In this document: positions 1 through 13,188 of the stretch, one piece after another
Numbering within the stretch: the first letter of the stretch is position 1
Layout: each line of letters starts with the position of its first letter
Notes under the pieces: generated by a model
Database searches by the model: none
Told to the model about the DNA's origin: nothing
The model's input: only the letters and a program-made list of their open reading frames with translations
Source of the DNA: Laetmonice hystrix
Taxonomy: Eukaryota
Direction: 5' to 3'
Assembly: GCA_965235115.1 (NCBI GenBank)
Contig: OZ249438.1
Span: 28,892,001 to 28,956,000, forward strand
DNA length: 64,000 nucleotides
Made by a program: the position numbers and the translations under genes

Positions 1-1035
1 ATGATTATTTTCCGTTTACCGAGTGTTTCTTGATTAAATCGCAAGGTACGATGCATAAACAAGAGCGAGTGTTCTGCATTGGTCTGGGCTTACTGACGCA
101 CAGCCAGTAGTCAGGGCTGGACCGATGCCCACTGAGGATCCTTCACGACCGTATGCTAGCACGTATCGCCAAACAATAACAACTTTATCACAATATTGGC
201 CGTTTAGAACAGCGCAAAACATTCCATACACCTGTTAGTTCTGTGTCATAGCAGCATATTTATAGGAGCCCCGACCTGAGCATGCTAGCACAGCTGTCCC
301 TGCACCACCTCGCCTGACAGTGTTCTGTCAAACAACCGGCCAGTTTAGCACGACTCAGGAGACATGCCATTATTTATAGCTCGATAATTAGTTGTAATAG
401 GTCGGAGGCACAGCTAATATCACAACCCTGTCTGATCTCTTTCCGTGCCGCCACATTCTACTGGTACGAGACGGGGGTACGGTGCCGAAGGTAATATATC
501 ACATATCTGCTTTGGTACGGAGAGGGGAAGGCCGCTATATCGTAACGATGGTATCAATAAATTGACTGCACAAAAAAACTTGGATTTTTGAGTCTGTGAA
601 CTTTACCAATGTGCTCTTATTAGCGAACAGTCAAGAAATAAATGTCTCAATCCAAACCCATTTGATTGAACTACTAATTTGACAATTAAGAGATTGTTCG
701 AGTCAAATAATCCGAATAGCCACTGTTGCTCCGAAAACAAATGACGGCAATCTAATTAAATGGGATTAGGAATTCTTCGTCAACACAGATGTTATCTAAC
801 TTCCATCACATCCTGTTGTAAAAAACGTGATATTAAACAATTTTCTAACTCATTTATCCATGTATACATAAAACACAACGTTCTTAATCCAGCAGGTCAT
901 ACATGTACATCTCTTGAGGCTGTGAAGTCTCACAATAATAATAAAAACCCAAACACCCTCATGATTCATGATTTACTTTGTCACACACTATGTCCGTCAA
1001 CTGTGGTTTGTCAACCAAAAACTCAAAAACTCCTA

Positions 1036-1326
1036 CCCCCCCCCCCCGCGCGCTCAATCCACGCCCCCCCCCCGCGCTCGGTCCACGCCCCATGCCCTCG
1101 GTCCACGCCCCCCCCACGCTCAATCCACGCCCCCCCCCCCGCGCTCGGTCCACGCCCCATGCCCTCGGTCCACGCCCCCCCCACGCTCAATCCACGCCCC
1201 CTGCGCTCGGTCCACGCCCCCCCCACGCTCAATCCACGCCCCCTGCGCTCGGTCCACGCCCCCCCCCCCACGCTCAATCCACGCCCCCCTGCCCTCGGTC
1301 CATGCCCCCCCCCCCCCCGGCGCTCG
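1036..1326. repeat. C-rich minisatellite (CGCTCAATCCACGCCCC / CGCTCGGTCCACGCCCC alternation)
   Basis: Visible units of about 20 bp with variable poly-C. Confidence 0.9.
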
Positions 1327-1822
1327 GGAGTCAATGGTCTTCATGGTTCTTCTTAACATTCGGATTCCGCGGGAATATTAACATGCCATTAGTTCAACCG
1401 TATGGTAGTCTCCAGGCCAAATATTCTATGTAATAATGAGGGTGGGTATTGTCGGCCCGACCTGTAACAATGCACATCCTGACGAGAACATTTCTAAATG
1501 AATTCATAGGTCTAGATGTAAGACGTCGGGGAAAGTATAATCTATATATGCCGCAATATTTCTGAGAAACTTTCAGCGTTTATACCATTAATCAACTATG
1601 GTTACTGAATACATTTAATTAGCCTGGGAAGATGAGGAGATCGCTCACACCCGACGAAGAAGACATGATAATTAATCCATATAGTGTGCCTATTACCATG
1701 GTGTTAGCCAGAATGTAGATATAGTTGTCTTGTCTGGTAAGTAATCGCCTGTGTCCCCACACTCCCCGCAGCAGAAATCTACCAAAGATATACGTCAGAG
1801 ATACCTCATTCCTGTATAAAGT

Positions 1823-1971
1823 CAGTGGCGGATCTAGGAATATTTTCCGGGGGGGGGGGGCACAGCTGTGTGGGTGGATGGGCAAGGGCCAGCTCAACTC
1901 AACTTTCAGTATGGAAAGACCCTGCGTTTGAACCTTTCGTGTGGGCCCTGTGCCCCCTAAATCCGCCACTG
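1823..1971. mobile_element. 149-bp MITE, hAT-like termini, 5-bp TSD
   Basis: TIR CAGTGGCGGATCTAGG / CAGTGGCGGATTTAGG (15/16); AAAGT on both flanks; internal poly-G. Confidence 0.85.
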
Positions 1972-2563
1972 AAAGTATACGACGAGCAGGGCTAATCTAT
2001 ATTTTATCTGGCAGCTTTCCGAATGCTCCTAATTACACAGTCCCACATTTAATGAACTCTACCTTCACACAAGATGGTTAATCTGTGTGAACAAGGGGAG
2101 AATACCACAACCCCCCTCCCCCTCCGCCCTCGATCAACTTTCCTGAACACCTATACGTTGCCAGGCCACAGGCCTCTCTCTGTATCTACCTACCACTAAT
2201 GCGTTTGCCAACTAACGTGGTTTTCACAGAAGAGCGGGAAATATCAAGCTGGGCAAAAACAACCCGCTATCATTGCCAACAGTGTATTTCTAGGTCTACG
2301 AACCGGGCATACACATGTGCTTGTGGTTTTTTAAAATATATATCTATATATACGAAATTGTACGGTTCTGCATGTGTAGATTACAACAAATATTTGCGAT
2401 AACGGACAAAAACAAAAAATAAAAGAAAAGGGCATGAATGCCATAGACGCTTGACGAGTAAAACGTTTCTTTCTTTTCCAGATTTTTAAGCGACATACAG
2501 TAGATCTATCGAAAGTGGTCTTTAGTGGAGAATTTACAGGATGATAACTGGGTGAAACATTAA

Positions 2564-3017
2564 ACACACGGAGTCCGGTCAGGCGATGCCCGGCTGGGGT
2601 GAGAAAGGCACACACGGAGTCCGGTCAGGCCATGCCCGGCTGGGGTGAGAAAGGCACACACGGAGTACGGTCAGGCCATGCCCGGCTGGGGTGAGAAAGG
2701 CACACACGGAGTCCGGTCAGGCGATGCCCGGCTGGGGTGAGAAAGGCACACACGGAGTCCGGTCAGGCCATGCCCGGCTGGGGTGAGAAAGGCACACACG
2801 GAGTCCGGTCAGGCGATGCCCGGCTGGGGTGAGAGAGGCACACACGGAGTCCGGTCAGGCGATGCCCGGCTGGGGTGAGAAAGGCATACACGGAGTCCGG
2901 TCAGGCGATGCCCGGCTGGGGTGAGAAAGGCACACACGGAGTCCGGTCAGGCGATGCCCGGCTGGGGTGAGAAAGGCACACACGGAGTCCGGTCAGGCGA
3001 TGCCCGGCTGGGGTGAA
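2564..3017. repeat. 45-46-bp minisatellite, about 10 copies
   Basis: ACACGGAGTCCGGTCAGGCGATGCCCGGCTGGGGTGAGAAAGGCAC. Confidence 0.95.
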
Positions 3018-3409
3018 AATTTAAAGAAGCTGATGATGGTTGTCTGAGCTCCTGCTGAGAGACAGGAGCAGGTTGGAAACCGTTCCTACGTTGCTTACCA
3101 CATAACATACATGCCTTGGTAGACATCATACACCTGAGTCTATGTAGACGGATACCCTCAACTCTCAGACGACTCGGGATGGGGCGAGTGTGGGGTGGGC
3201 ACGGAGGCGGTTTGTTCACCTGCAAGGAATGTTTAAAAAAAGAAAAAGCTTTCTTTGGCTGAGCCATCCTCTCTGGATAGAAGATGACATTCCCACTTAG
3301 AGCGGTTAAAACATGACGGCCCGGAGCTGTCAGGTCGTTTTTTATTTTCTGTAGCCCTGAACACCAATCATTCGTGCTACTTACGAATCCGTACCTTGGC
3401 CTTGGAATC

Positions 3410-3543
3410 CAAGTATCGCATTAGCTACGACTGAATGTTCCTTGATACAACATCAAGTATCGCAGTTAGCTACGACCGAATGTTCCTTGATACAACATCA
3501 AGTATCGCAGTTAGCTACGACCGAATGTTCCTTGATACAACAA
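3410..3543. repeat. 45-bp tandem repeat x3
   Basis: CAAGTATCGCAGTTAGCTACGACCGAATGTTCCTTGATACAACAT. Confidence 0.9.
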
Positions 3544-4199
3544 CAATACCGGATAAGTTTCGGCGGCTGGGCAGGTGGTGGTGTGTGACCTCCAGAAACC
3601 TAACGCTGTCCTGATCTGACTGTCAATTCGCTGCTGACAGTGGGAAGTTCAGTCAGACGAGGCTGAGCCACGACTTTTTACACCGGCACAAGGTCGTGCC
3701 CGCCATGGGAGTCTCATATTGCGGGCAAAACAAGCCAGCTAACGGCCTGCACATCCGGCAACGGGCATCGGGGTGAGCGGCATAACCAAACTAATCTCCG
3801 CCCAGAAAGGGACAATAATTCAGTCTGACACCAACCCCGTCATCCCCACCCCGACCACTGCTACCAATATTCCTCTCTCCAAATACAGACAGGCAGACAC
3901 ACAGATACAATGAAAGGCGTATGATGTCCTCAAATCTGGTGATTTCTTGGAGTCTATTCACTAAAGTCTATTTTTTAAAATCTCGGTAGGAACTTTTGTT
4001 TGATTTATAATCTGCCATTCCCCTATAGCTTGATGACCTTTCAAATATCCCAGAATCTTGTTTCTTGCACAAATGAGTTCAAACATTCAGGAAAACTTGA
4101 AGTCATAGTCCATCTTAGAAGAGAGGCCAGATGCGGGTGTTTCTTCTTCCGTTACGCATTTTCCTTTGGTGAGAGCAAACAGCCAGCCTTCAGTATGTG

Positions 4200-4650
4200 T
4201 CCCGCAAGAAAACAGCCACCTTGCTGCCGTCAAATATCTCTCGGGATATTCTAGGGCAAACCTCCAATTACCGCCCCACATGCCATGTTGTCATCTTGTC
4301 AAACACATGCAGTTCCTCCTCCAAGATCTTCCGTATCCAATCACCACCTGTTTCTCACGGTGTTTGTGGTTGTGTGAATAATCTGAAATCAATCTTGGAC
4401 CGATCTACATTTGATCTAATCACCCTAAGATCTGAATCGGCAATAATCTGTACATACCCATTTCATATCCTGCTCAATCAATAGGAGAAACCTAACCCTT
4501 CATCCACTCATCAAACATGCACAATTACCTTTTCAAAATTCTCTTCTAATATTTGGAAGCACCTTTGCAAATCTCGTCAATGTTATTTGAGGGTCCTCAG
4601 TGGACACTCATCTGGTTGGTCGTACACAACAAGAACATCACAGAGCAAGT
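4200..4650 (+). mobile_element. Decayed CR1/L2-type LINE reverse transcriptase fragment
   Basis: SNYRP...ILS...SKI, NNL..ILD...DL, HILLN, GPQWTLI follow the order and spacing of RT motifs; stops and frameshifts. Confidence 0.4.
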
Positions 4651-5779
4651 CGCAGCCACTGTATATAACCTATATATAACTCCTATTGCTTCTTTTGTTT
4701 TCAGTCCCTTGTGTCTAAAAGTTAGAAATGGAACATTTAGAATTGCTGTGAAGGACATGTGACCGATAGGTAGCAGTAGTACTCTAGGGCTACCGACAAC
4801 TTCGGCCTACGTCAACGAACTTTCGGACAGTATCACATTGGCGGCGCTTCTGAAGCTGGTGATTTTGACACAGTTGTCATGTTCGACATAATATTATTCG
4901 TGGAATGGGGGACATTCATTTCCACCCACTACTGTGAAAGGTGAATATGTACATGGAGGCCTTTCAGCGGTCCAAAATGTGATTTTTGACCTTTCCCTTT
5001 AAATTATCTTAAAGTATCCTTTCTTAACAATTGCCAACTAACGTCCTTTATGTTGTCATATTGGTGAAGAAAGGGTTTACCTTTTAACTTGATTTTAATT
5101 TATTTATTCTTTACGGGCTGTTGGCATTATCTCATCCGTAATGAAGGATAGAGATTGGTCTCCATAGGGATGGCCATTATCTTACAAACTGAAGAAGCTG
5201 CCCAATTTGGACCTTCTAAAACTGGAAATCATCCCTCGACGTGGCTTGACACTGTCAAAAGGGTGCCTTATACCATTAGGGCTGCGCCTTAGCTACAATC
5301 TGGGCAGACAATACTGACGGAAACGAACGCGGAATCACTCTGGCCATACATCTTAACTCACTAGAGAGAAAGTCAATTGAATGAGCGCCTCCTATAACGA
5401 ATACCATCCCGCTTTACTTTAGGACGTGTGGACAATGGCTTGCTGGAGTACCCACCGATTGGTAAATACACGTGGGCTTTCCAGGAGAATGCAAATGTAG
5501 CAATTCTACCTCGCCAGTCTGGGAGGGGGCTGTATTCTAGTCTCCAACCATCAAGACAGGATACAGACCAGAATGAATCAAATGGGAAAATAATGGTGAT
5601 TCAACTCCCCGCGGCATCTCCAACTGCCCCCTTACTGATCGGAATGATCGTAATTGGCTTCCAGGACTGTTTAACTGTCCACATTTCAACATCTCTCTGT
5701 GCCACCACCGAGCCCAACGGCACCTTCCAAAGTCTCCTTGTGCCATCGGCGGGACCAAAAACTGCTTTCTTCAACTATG

Positions 5780-6792
5780 TGTGTGCCACCAGTTGAACCC
5801 CCTCCCAGCTTCCCACACCTCTCTGTGCCGCCAGTGTGACCATCTGGCATCAGCTGAACCCCTGCCAACCTTCCACACCTCTCTGTGCCACCAGTGTGAC
5901 CATTAGCTGAGCCCCTCCCAACCTTCCAACCCTCTCTGTGCCAAGTGTAGTGTGACCATTAGCTGAGCCCCTCCCAATCATCTCTGTGCCACCAGTGGAC
6001 CATTAGCTGGGCCCCTCCCAACCTCCCACATCTCTGGGCCACCATCTGGCATCAGCTGAACCCCTGCCAACCTTCCACACCTCTCTGTGCCACCAGTGTG
6101 ACCATTAGCTGAGCCCCTCCCAACCTTCCAACCCTCTCTGTGCCAAGTGTAGTGTGACCATTAGCTGAGCCCCTCCCAATCATCTCTGTGCCACCAGTGG
6201 ACCATTAGCTGGGCCCCTCCCAACCTCCCACATCTCTGGGCCACCAGTGTGACCATTAGCTGAGCCCCTCCCAACCTCCCAACCCCCTCTGTGCCACCAG
6301 TGTGACCATTAGCTGAGCCCCTCCCAACCCCCTCTGTGCCACCAGTGTAGTGTGACCATTAGCTGAGCCCCTCCTAACCCTCTCTGTGCCACAAGTGAGA
6401 CCAATAGCTGAGCCCCTCCCAACCTCCCACATCTCTCTGTGCCACCAGTGTGACCATCAGCTGAGCCCCTCCCAACCTCCTCTGTGCCACCAGTGTGACC
6501 ATTAGCTGAGCCCCTCCCAACCTCCTCTGTGCCACCAGTGTGACCCTCAGGTGAACCCCTCCCAACCTCTTCTGTGCCACTAGTGTGACCATTAGCTGAG
6601 CCCCTCCCAACCTCCTCTGTGCCACCAGTGTGACCATTAGCTAAGCCCCTCCCAACCTCCTCTGTGCCACCAGTGTAACCATCAGCTGAGCCCCTCCCAA
6701 CCTCCTCTGTGCCACCAGTGTGACCATTAGCTGAGCCCCTCCCAACCTTCTCTGTGCCACCAGTGTGACCATTAGCTGAGCCCCTCCCAACC
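5780..6792. repeat. About 42-bp minisatellite with a 202-bp higher-order duplication
   Basis: CTCTGTGCCACCAGTGTGACCATTAGCTGAGCCCCTCCCAAC; block starting at 5841 recurs at 6043. Confidence 0.92.
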
Positions 6793-7734
6793 TTACCAGT
6801 TCAGAGGTTCACGGAGCCATATAACTGTCGTTCCCTGACTAAAGCTGTGTTAGTGTCGTACGAAGAGGAAGTGGCCGTCCTCTAGACTGTGTCAGCCTCC
6901 ACCGAGTTGGCTGTTCTCATCAATCATCTCAAGCAGTAAGGTTTGGCCGGAGATTGCTGCTATCGATCGACAGACGGCGCTACGGACCCAACCCGTACCA
7001 TTGTCCGCCGCTCCCAAACGACTTGTCAACCCATTGTCAAAATGTCAGAATGAAAGATGATTGACCTAAAAAAAAACTTATGATGATGGCTTCTTCAATA
7101 AATACCCTTAAATTTCCTTTCTTAGAAGGGTTATCTTCACATGTTGAACACTGTAAGCCATCCGGTATCCTTTTCAATCATTTTTATCACTTCCAGTAAT
7201 AACGGATATCTCCTGACGACGAGAGTTTGAGGATAGTATATCTACAGGAAGATAATCTTGTAGGTACAGAAATAAGTTTGGTTCTCCGTAATTTAATAAG
7301 GGAGCAAGAACCAATTCTGACATGTGCTGGGGTGTGCTGGTTTGTTTGCTTTTTAATAACTCTAGCTCGGTAACTGTGAGCTCACGGCGTTCAAGATTGC
7401 GGAATCGGATACCCTAGGACATCAGAGTAATAAGACGGCTGTACTCGTACAAATAACGTGAAGTGAAAACAGATTGACATGATGGTGTTAAAAACACTAA
7501 CAAATTAACCTAAACAGATGACCGTTCCGTACCAAAGACAGAACTGCCAAATATTCAACTCGATAGGCAGAAAAATGTCCAATCAAGAGAAGATGATTGA
7601 GATGAAACCATGCCAACTTTACTCTACGATTCGTTGTGCTCGCCCACCGGTGCAGAATGATAGCGTCAGTTGCTCAGCATTACCGAAAATTGCCCCTCCC
7701 TCCTTACTTCAGTACGCTATATCACCTGCTGAGA

Positions 7735-9828
7735 CGTGTTCTGTATGAGTAAAGTCCTGTACAGTCTCCATACCGGGCGGGTTCTGTATGAGTAAAGTCC
7801 TGTACAGTCACCTTACCGGGCGGGTCTGTATGAGTAAAGTCCTGTACAGTCTCCGTACCAGACGGGTTCTGTATGAGTAAAGTCCTGTACAGTCTCCGTA
7901 CCAGGCGGGTCTGTATGAGTAAAGTCCTGTACAGTCTCCGTACCGGACGGGGTCTGTATGAGTAAAGTCCTGTACAGTCTCCGTACCGGACGGGGTCTGT
8001 ATGAGTAAAGTCCTGTACAGTCTCCGTACCGGGCGGGGTCTGTATGAGTAAAGTCCTGTACAGTCTCCGTACCGGGCGGGGTCTGTATGAGTAAAGTCCT
8101 GTACAGTCTCCGTACCGGACGGGTTCTGTAAGAGTAAAGTCCTGTACAGTCTCCGTACCGGACGGGGTCTGTATGAGTAAAGTCCTGTACAGTCTCCGTA
8201 CCAGGCGGGTCTGTATGAGTAAAGTCCTGTACAGTCTCCGTACCGGGCGGGGTCTGTATGAGTAAAGTCCTGTACAGTCTCCGTACCAGGCGGGTCTGTA
8301 TGAGTAAAGTCCTGTACAGTCTCCGTACCAGGCGGGTCTGTATGAGTAAAGTCCTGTACAGTCTCCGTACCGGGCGGGGTCTGTATGAGTAAAGTCCTGT
8401 ACAGTCTCCGTACCGGACGGGTTCTGTATGAGTAAAGTCCTGTACAGTCTCCGTATCGGGCGGGTCTGTATGAGTAAAGTCCTGTATACAGTCTCCGTAC
8501 CGGGCGGGGTCTGTATGAGTAAAGTCCTGTACAGTCTCCGTACCAGGCGGGTCTGTATGAGTAAAGTCCTGTATACAGTCTCCGTATCGGGCGGGTCTGT
8601 ATGAGTAAAGTCCTGTATACAGTCTCCGTACCGGGCGGGGTCTGTATGAGTAAAGTCCCATACACAGTCTCTGTACCGGACGTGTTCTGTATGAGTAAAG
8701 TCCTGTACACAGTCTCCGTACCGGGCGGGGTCTGTATGAGTAAAGTCCTGTACAGTCTCCGTACCGGACGTGTTCTGTATGAGTAAAGTCCTGTACACAG
8801 TCACCTTACCGGGCGGGTCTGTATGAGTAAAGTCCTGTACACAGTCTCCGTACCGGACGGGGTCTGTATGAGTAAAGTCCTGTACACAGTCTCCGTACCG
8901 GACGGGGTCTGTATGAGTAAAGTCCTGTACACAGTCTCCGTACCGGACGGGGTCTGTATGAGTAAAGTCCTGTACACAGTCTCCGTACCGGGCGGGGTCT
9001 GTATGAGTAAAGTCCTGTACAGTCTCCGTACCGGACGTGTTCTGTATGAGTAAAGTCCTGTACACAGTCACCTTACCGGGCGGGTCTGTATGAGTAAAGT
9101 CCTGTACAGTCTCCGTACCGGACGGGTCTGTATGAGTAAAGTCCTGTACATTCTCCGTACAGGACGGGTTCTGTATGAGTAAAGTCCTGTACAGTCTCTG
9201 TACCGGGCGGGTCTGTATGAGTAAAGTCCTGTACAGTCTCCGTACCAGGCGGGTCTGTATGAGTAAAGTCCTGTACAGTCTCCGTACCGGGCGGGGTCTG
9301 TATGAGTAAAGTCCTGTACAGTCTCCGTACCAGGCGGGTCTGTATGAGTAAAGTCCTGTACAGTCTCCGTACCGGGCGGGGTCTGTATGAGTAAAGTCCT
9401 GTACAGTCTCCGTAACAGGCGGGTCTGTATGAGTAAAGTCCTGTACAGTCTCCGTACCGGGCGGGGTCTGTATGAGTAAAGTCCTGTACAGTCTCCGTAC
9501 CAGGCGGGTCTGTATGAGTAAGGTCCTGTACAGTCTCCGTACCGGGCGGGGTCTGTATGAGTAAAGTCCTGCACAGTCTCCGTACCGGACGGGGTCTGTA
9601 TGAGTAAAGTCCTGTACAGTCTCCGTACCGGGCGGGGTCTGTATGAGTAAAGTCCTGTACAGTCCCCGTACCGGACGGGGTCTGTATGAGTAAAGTCCTG
9701 TACAGTCTCCGTACCGGACGGGGTCTGTATGAGTAAAGTCCTGTACAGTCTCCGTACCGGGCGGGGCCTGTATGAGTAAAGCCCTGTACAGTCTCCGTAC
9801 CGGGCGGGGTCTGTATGAATAAAAAGAC
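7735..9828. repeat. 42-45-bp minisatellite, about 48 copies
   Basis: CTGTATGAGTAAAGTCCTGTACAGTCTCCGTACCGGGCGGGGT. Confidence 0.97.
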
Positions 9829-11104
9829 CCGGGTCAGGTTCCAATGTTCACAGATAGAAATTCTACACTTTCCATGCGGGATCTGCGTTCGTTCAGTTCT
9901 TAAAGTGCCACTCGTACCGAGAATAAAGTTACCAAAGGAGACAAACACGTTAAATACTCGCATGGATGTCTCCCAGCATTCAGATCTCTGCTGACAGAGG
10001 AGTCTCATGTGACATTAAAGGAAAATTTACTTGAATATTTAACAATATTACACAAAACGGGACTTCCCGGCGCGCTCGTGCTTTGGCCATAGCGTAACTT
10101 TTAAATCTACATTCTCCTTTTAATTAAATGAAAGCTTTGATCCATTTTTTGTTATTCAAATGTCTCAGGCAAGTACAATCATGTAGTAAGAAAATATACA
10201 TAGAAAAATAAACTTCGAAGAGATGTATGATATTTGATCGTACCAAATTTACCTGTAAACATGTACATTAACGCCATACAAGAGTTAGACCCGAGGGACC
10301 AGAGCCATTCTTGTATTGTTACTTTATAGCAAGAAATCGTTATACCATTTCATACGGTGACTGATGGTTTAGTAAACTAGGGGAGCCGATTGCATATTGG
10401 GCAGTCACATTATGTGTCACGCTATGTGTCACCTGTCACGTTACGTATTACCAATGCGTCACATGCAAGTTAGATGGCGTTCAACAAATTACTTGCGAAG
10501 AATGCTCTGGTATAACCGCTAGATGAGGACGGACTCCTGTACGTGGTACTTTGACACTGTAATCAAGGATGAGATCCACCAAAAATTACGTGAGTGAAGT
10601 CACGTTGAAATATTCTGTCACTCTCAAAACACTGGCTAAGTATCTCTTAGTTATCTGACCAATTAAAATGTACCCCAATCTATAGGAAGTAATTTGCGCT
10701 GCTGCCTTCCATGGAGGAGACTTCATTAGAGGGAGAAGACTTCATTAGATTCTCTGATTGTTAACGGCACAGGCAGTTTAAATGGCTGCGTGTGGTGTCT
10801 CTGCCATTATGCTGCAGTAACTATAGTTATCCTGTTCGTCAGATTAGAGTCACTTTGCATGATAATGTCAGCATTTATTTGCAGGAATATTCCTCGGCTG
10901 ATATGGCTGAGAACTCCTATTGTTCAACTTCCTACGCCTCGTCGTTATCATGAATGGCTGCTAGAAAATAATTAAATGCTGCATTTTGTAGGCATTATGT
11001 AAGTTTTTACCTCATTGTCGCCCTCCGGTGGCAATATTCTCATAACGTCGCTTTTTACATGCGTCTGTCTGAGAGTGCGGCGTTAACAGATGTCAGAAAC
11101 AGTG

Positions 11105-11800
11105 CTCCCCTTCCCTCCCTCCCCTCCCTCCTCCCTCGCCCTCCCTCCCCTCCCCCACCTCCGCCTCCATCTCTTCCCTCCCCTCCCTCCTCCCTCCTCC
11201 CTCGCCCTCCTCTCCCTCCCCTCCCCCACCTCCCTCCCCTCCCTCCTCCCTCGCCCTCCTCTCCCTCCCCTCCCCCGCCTCCCCCTCCCTCCCCCTCCAT
11301 TTCCTCCCTCCCCCCTCCTCTCCCTCCCCTCCCCCACCTCCCCCTCCCTCCATTTCCTCCCCCCCTCCTACCTCGCCCTCCTCTCCCTCCCCCTCCCTCC
11401 CCTCCCTCCCTCGCCCTCCCTCCCTCGCCATCCCTCCCTCGCCATCCCCTCCCTCCCTCGCCATCCCTCCCCTCACCCTACCTCACCCTCCCTCCCCTCG
11501 CCCTCCCCTCCCTCCCCTTCCACTTCCTCACCTACCCCTACCTCCCCCTCCATCTCGTCCCTCCCCTCCCTCCTCCCTCGCCCTTCCCTCCCTCCCCCTC
11601 CCTCCCCTCGCCCTCCTCCCCTCGCCCTCCTTCCCTCGCCCTCCCTCCCCCTCCCCCTCCCTCCCTTCGCCCTCCCTCCCCTCACCCTACCTCACCCTCC
11701 CTCCCCTCGCCCTCCCCTCCCTCCCCTCCACTCCCCTCGCCCTCCCCTCCCTCCCCTCCCTCCCCTCGCCCTCCCCTACCTCCCCCTCCCTCCCTCCTCA
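11105..11800. repeat. Polypyrimidine (CCCT/CCCTCG) low-complexity tract
   Basis: About 700 nt almost entirely C/T on +. Confidence 0.95.
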
Positions 11801-12401
11801 CGCACCAATTTCCTCGGGTATTCTGTATCCGGTAGGAGCTCCCCAAGCCGAGGTGGCGTTGATAGAGTCTACCAGGAACCAACTGTGATGAGAGTCTCAG
11901 CATTCTTTGTTATCTGTTACAAGTAGAGGCAGATGGTATCTCCACATGAACCAGGGTATCTCTTGTGTGGGTCTCCGTGAGGCGAAGTCTTCATTATCTA
12001 TCCTTGGATTGAGGGACACATAGATATAGAGCCTCGCCGAGAGGAGAAACATGTGAGGAAGGACAATAGAGACCCAGGAAGAATGCCCAGTGGAGACAGG
12101 TGGAGAAAGGGAAGGAAAGGGCGAAGGAAACTCCAGGAGAGATAAATGGAAAAATACATTTCCTATTCAAGCTACAGTACTCGACAAGATCATCAACGCC
12201 TCGACCCAATGACAACAGGAAGATTTTTCACAATGTGTGATAATGGTCAAAATATTCCAACTTCGTGAAAAGCTATCAATTTATATATTACCTTTTCTAG
12301 TGATCTGAATATTACATGCAGAGTACATTGTGCCGGTTCTACCATTAAGTGAGATACAATGACATATTCTGACAACCATCAGACTATACAGGAACGTATA
12401 A

Positions 12402-12578
12402 AGGCCTAGACACACATGGGCGTCAAGCGGCAAGCGTCATTTTGAAAATGACGCTCTGAATGCTCAGTATGGTTTTCTATTACACCGTTCACATAACGCT
12501 TCCATACTGAGCATTCAGAGCGTCATTTTCAAAATGATGCTTGACGCTCGACGCTTGCCGCTTGACGTGTCTAGGCCT
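12402..12578. mobile_element. 177-bp fold-back PIF/Harbinger (Tourist-like) MITE
   Basis: AGGCCTAGACAC termini, TAA on both flanks; perfect 35-bp inverted arms 12438-12472 and 12502-12536. Confidence 0.8.
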
Positions 12579-12772
12579 TAAGTGATGTGCCATTATGCAA
12601 AGATCTGGACACATGAACGCTACAACCGCTCACAGTCAAACAATGCCGTTCATCTGGCATTCAGTGACATACAAAGGCATTGTCATGCCAACCGTTCCAG
12701 TGTTAGACACTGTCACTCCAACCGTCCCAGTGTGACACCATCACGTCACCCGTCCCAGTGCTGACACCAGTG

Positions 12773-13188
12773 CTAGGCACTGTCACGTCAACCGTCACGG
12801 TGACAGGCACTGTCACGTCAACCGTCACGGTGACAGGCACTGTTACGCCAACCGTCACGGTGACAGGCACTGTTACACCAACCGTCACGGTGACAGGCAC
12901 GATTACACCAACCGTCACGGTGACAGGCACTGTTACACCAACCGTCACGGTGACAGGCACGGTTACACCAACCGTCACGGTGACAGGCACTGTTACACCA
13001 ACCGTCACGGTGACAGGCACGGTTACACCAACCGTCACGGTGACAGGCACGGTTACACCAACCGTCACGGTGACAGGCACTGTAACACCAACCGTCACGG
13101 TGACAGGCAAGGTTACACCAACCGTCACGGTGACAGGCACGGTTACACCAACCGTCACGGTGACAGGCACTGTTACACCAACCGTAAC
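12773..13188. repeat. 30-bp minisatellite, about 14 copies
   Basis: CAGGCACTGTTACACCAACCGTCACGGTGA; no indels. Confidence 0.95.

Noticed and set aside
760-1433. Pro-rich ORFs
   Set aside because: Openness comes from the C-rich array.
7363-7400. tRNA/SINE-like A and B boxes (also GTTCGAGTC near 697)
   Set aside because: Wrong spacing or missing partner box; no cloverleaf.
7722-10008. Long overlapping ORFs (449, 300, 282, 258, 311 aa)
   Set aside because: Translations of the 42-45-bp array; frequent indels cycle the same peptides through all frames.
10015-10123. Possible TTAA-flanked Kolobok-like MITE
   Set aside because: TIR match is short, imperfect and offset by one base.
11055-11926. 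Pro-rich and Gly/Arg/Glu-rich ORFs
   Set aside because: Produced by a C/T low-complexity tract that cannot contain stop codons.
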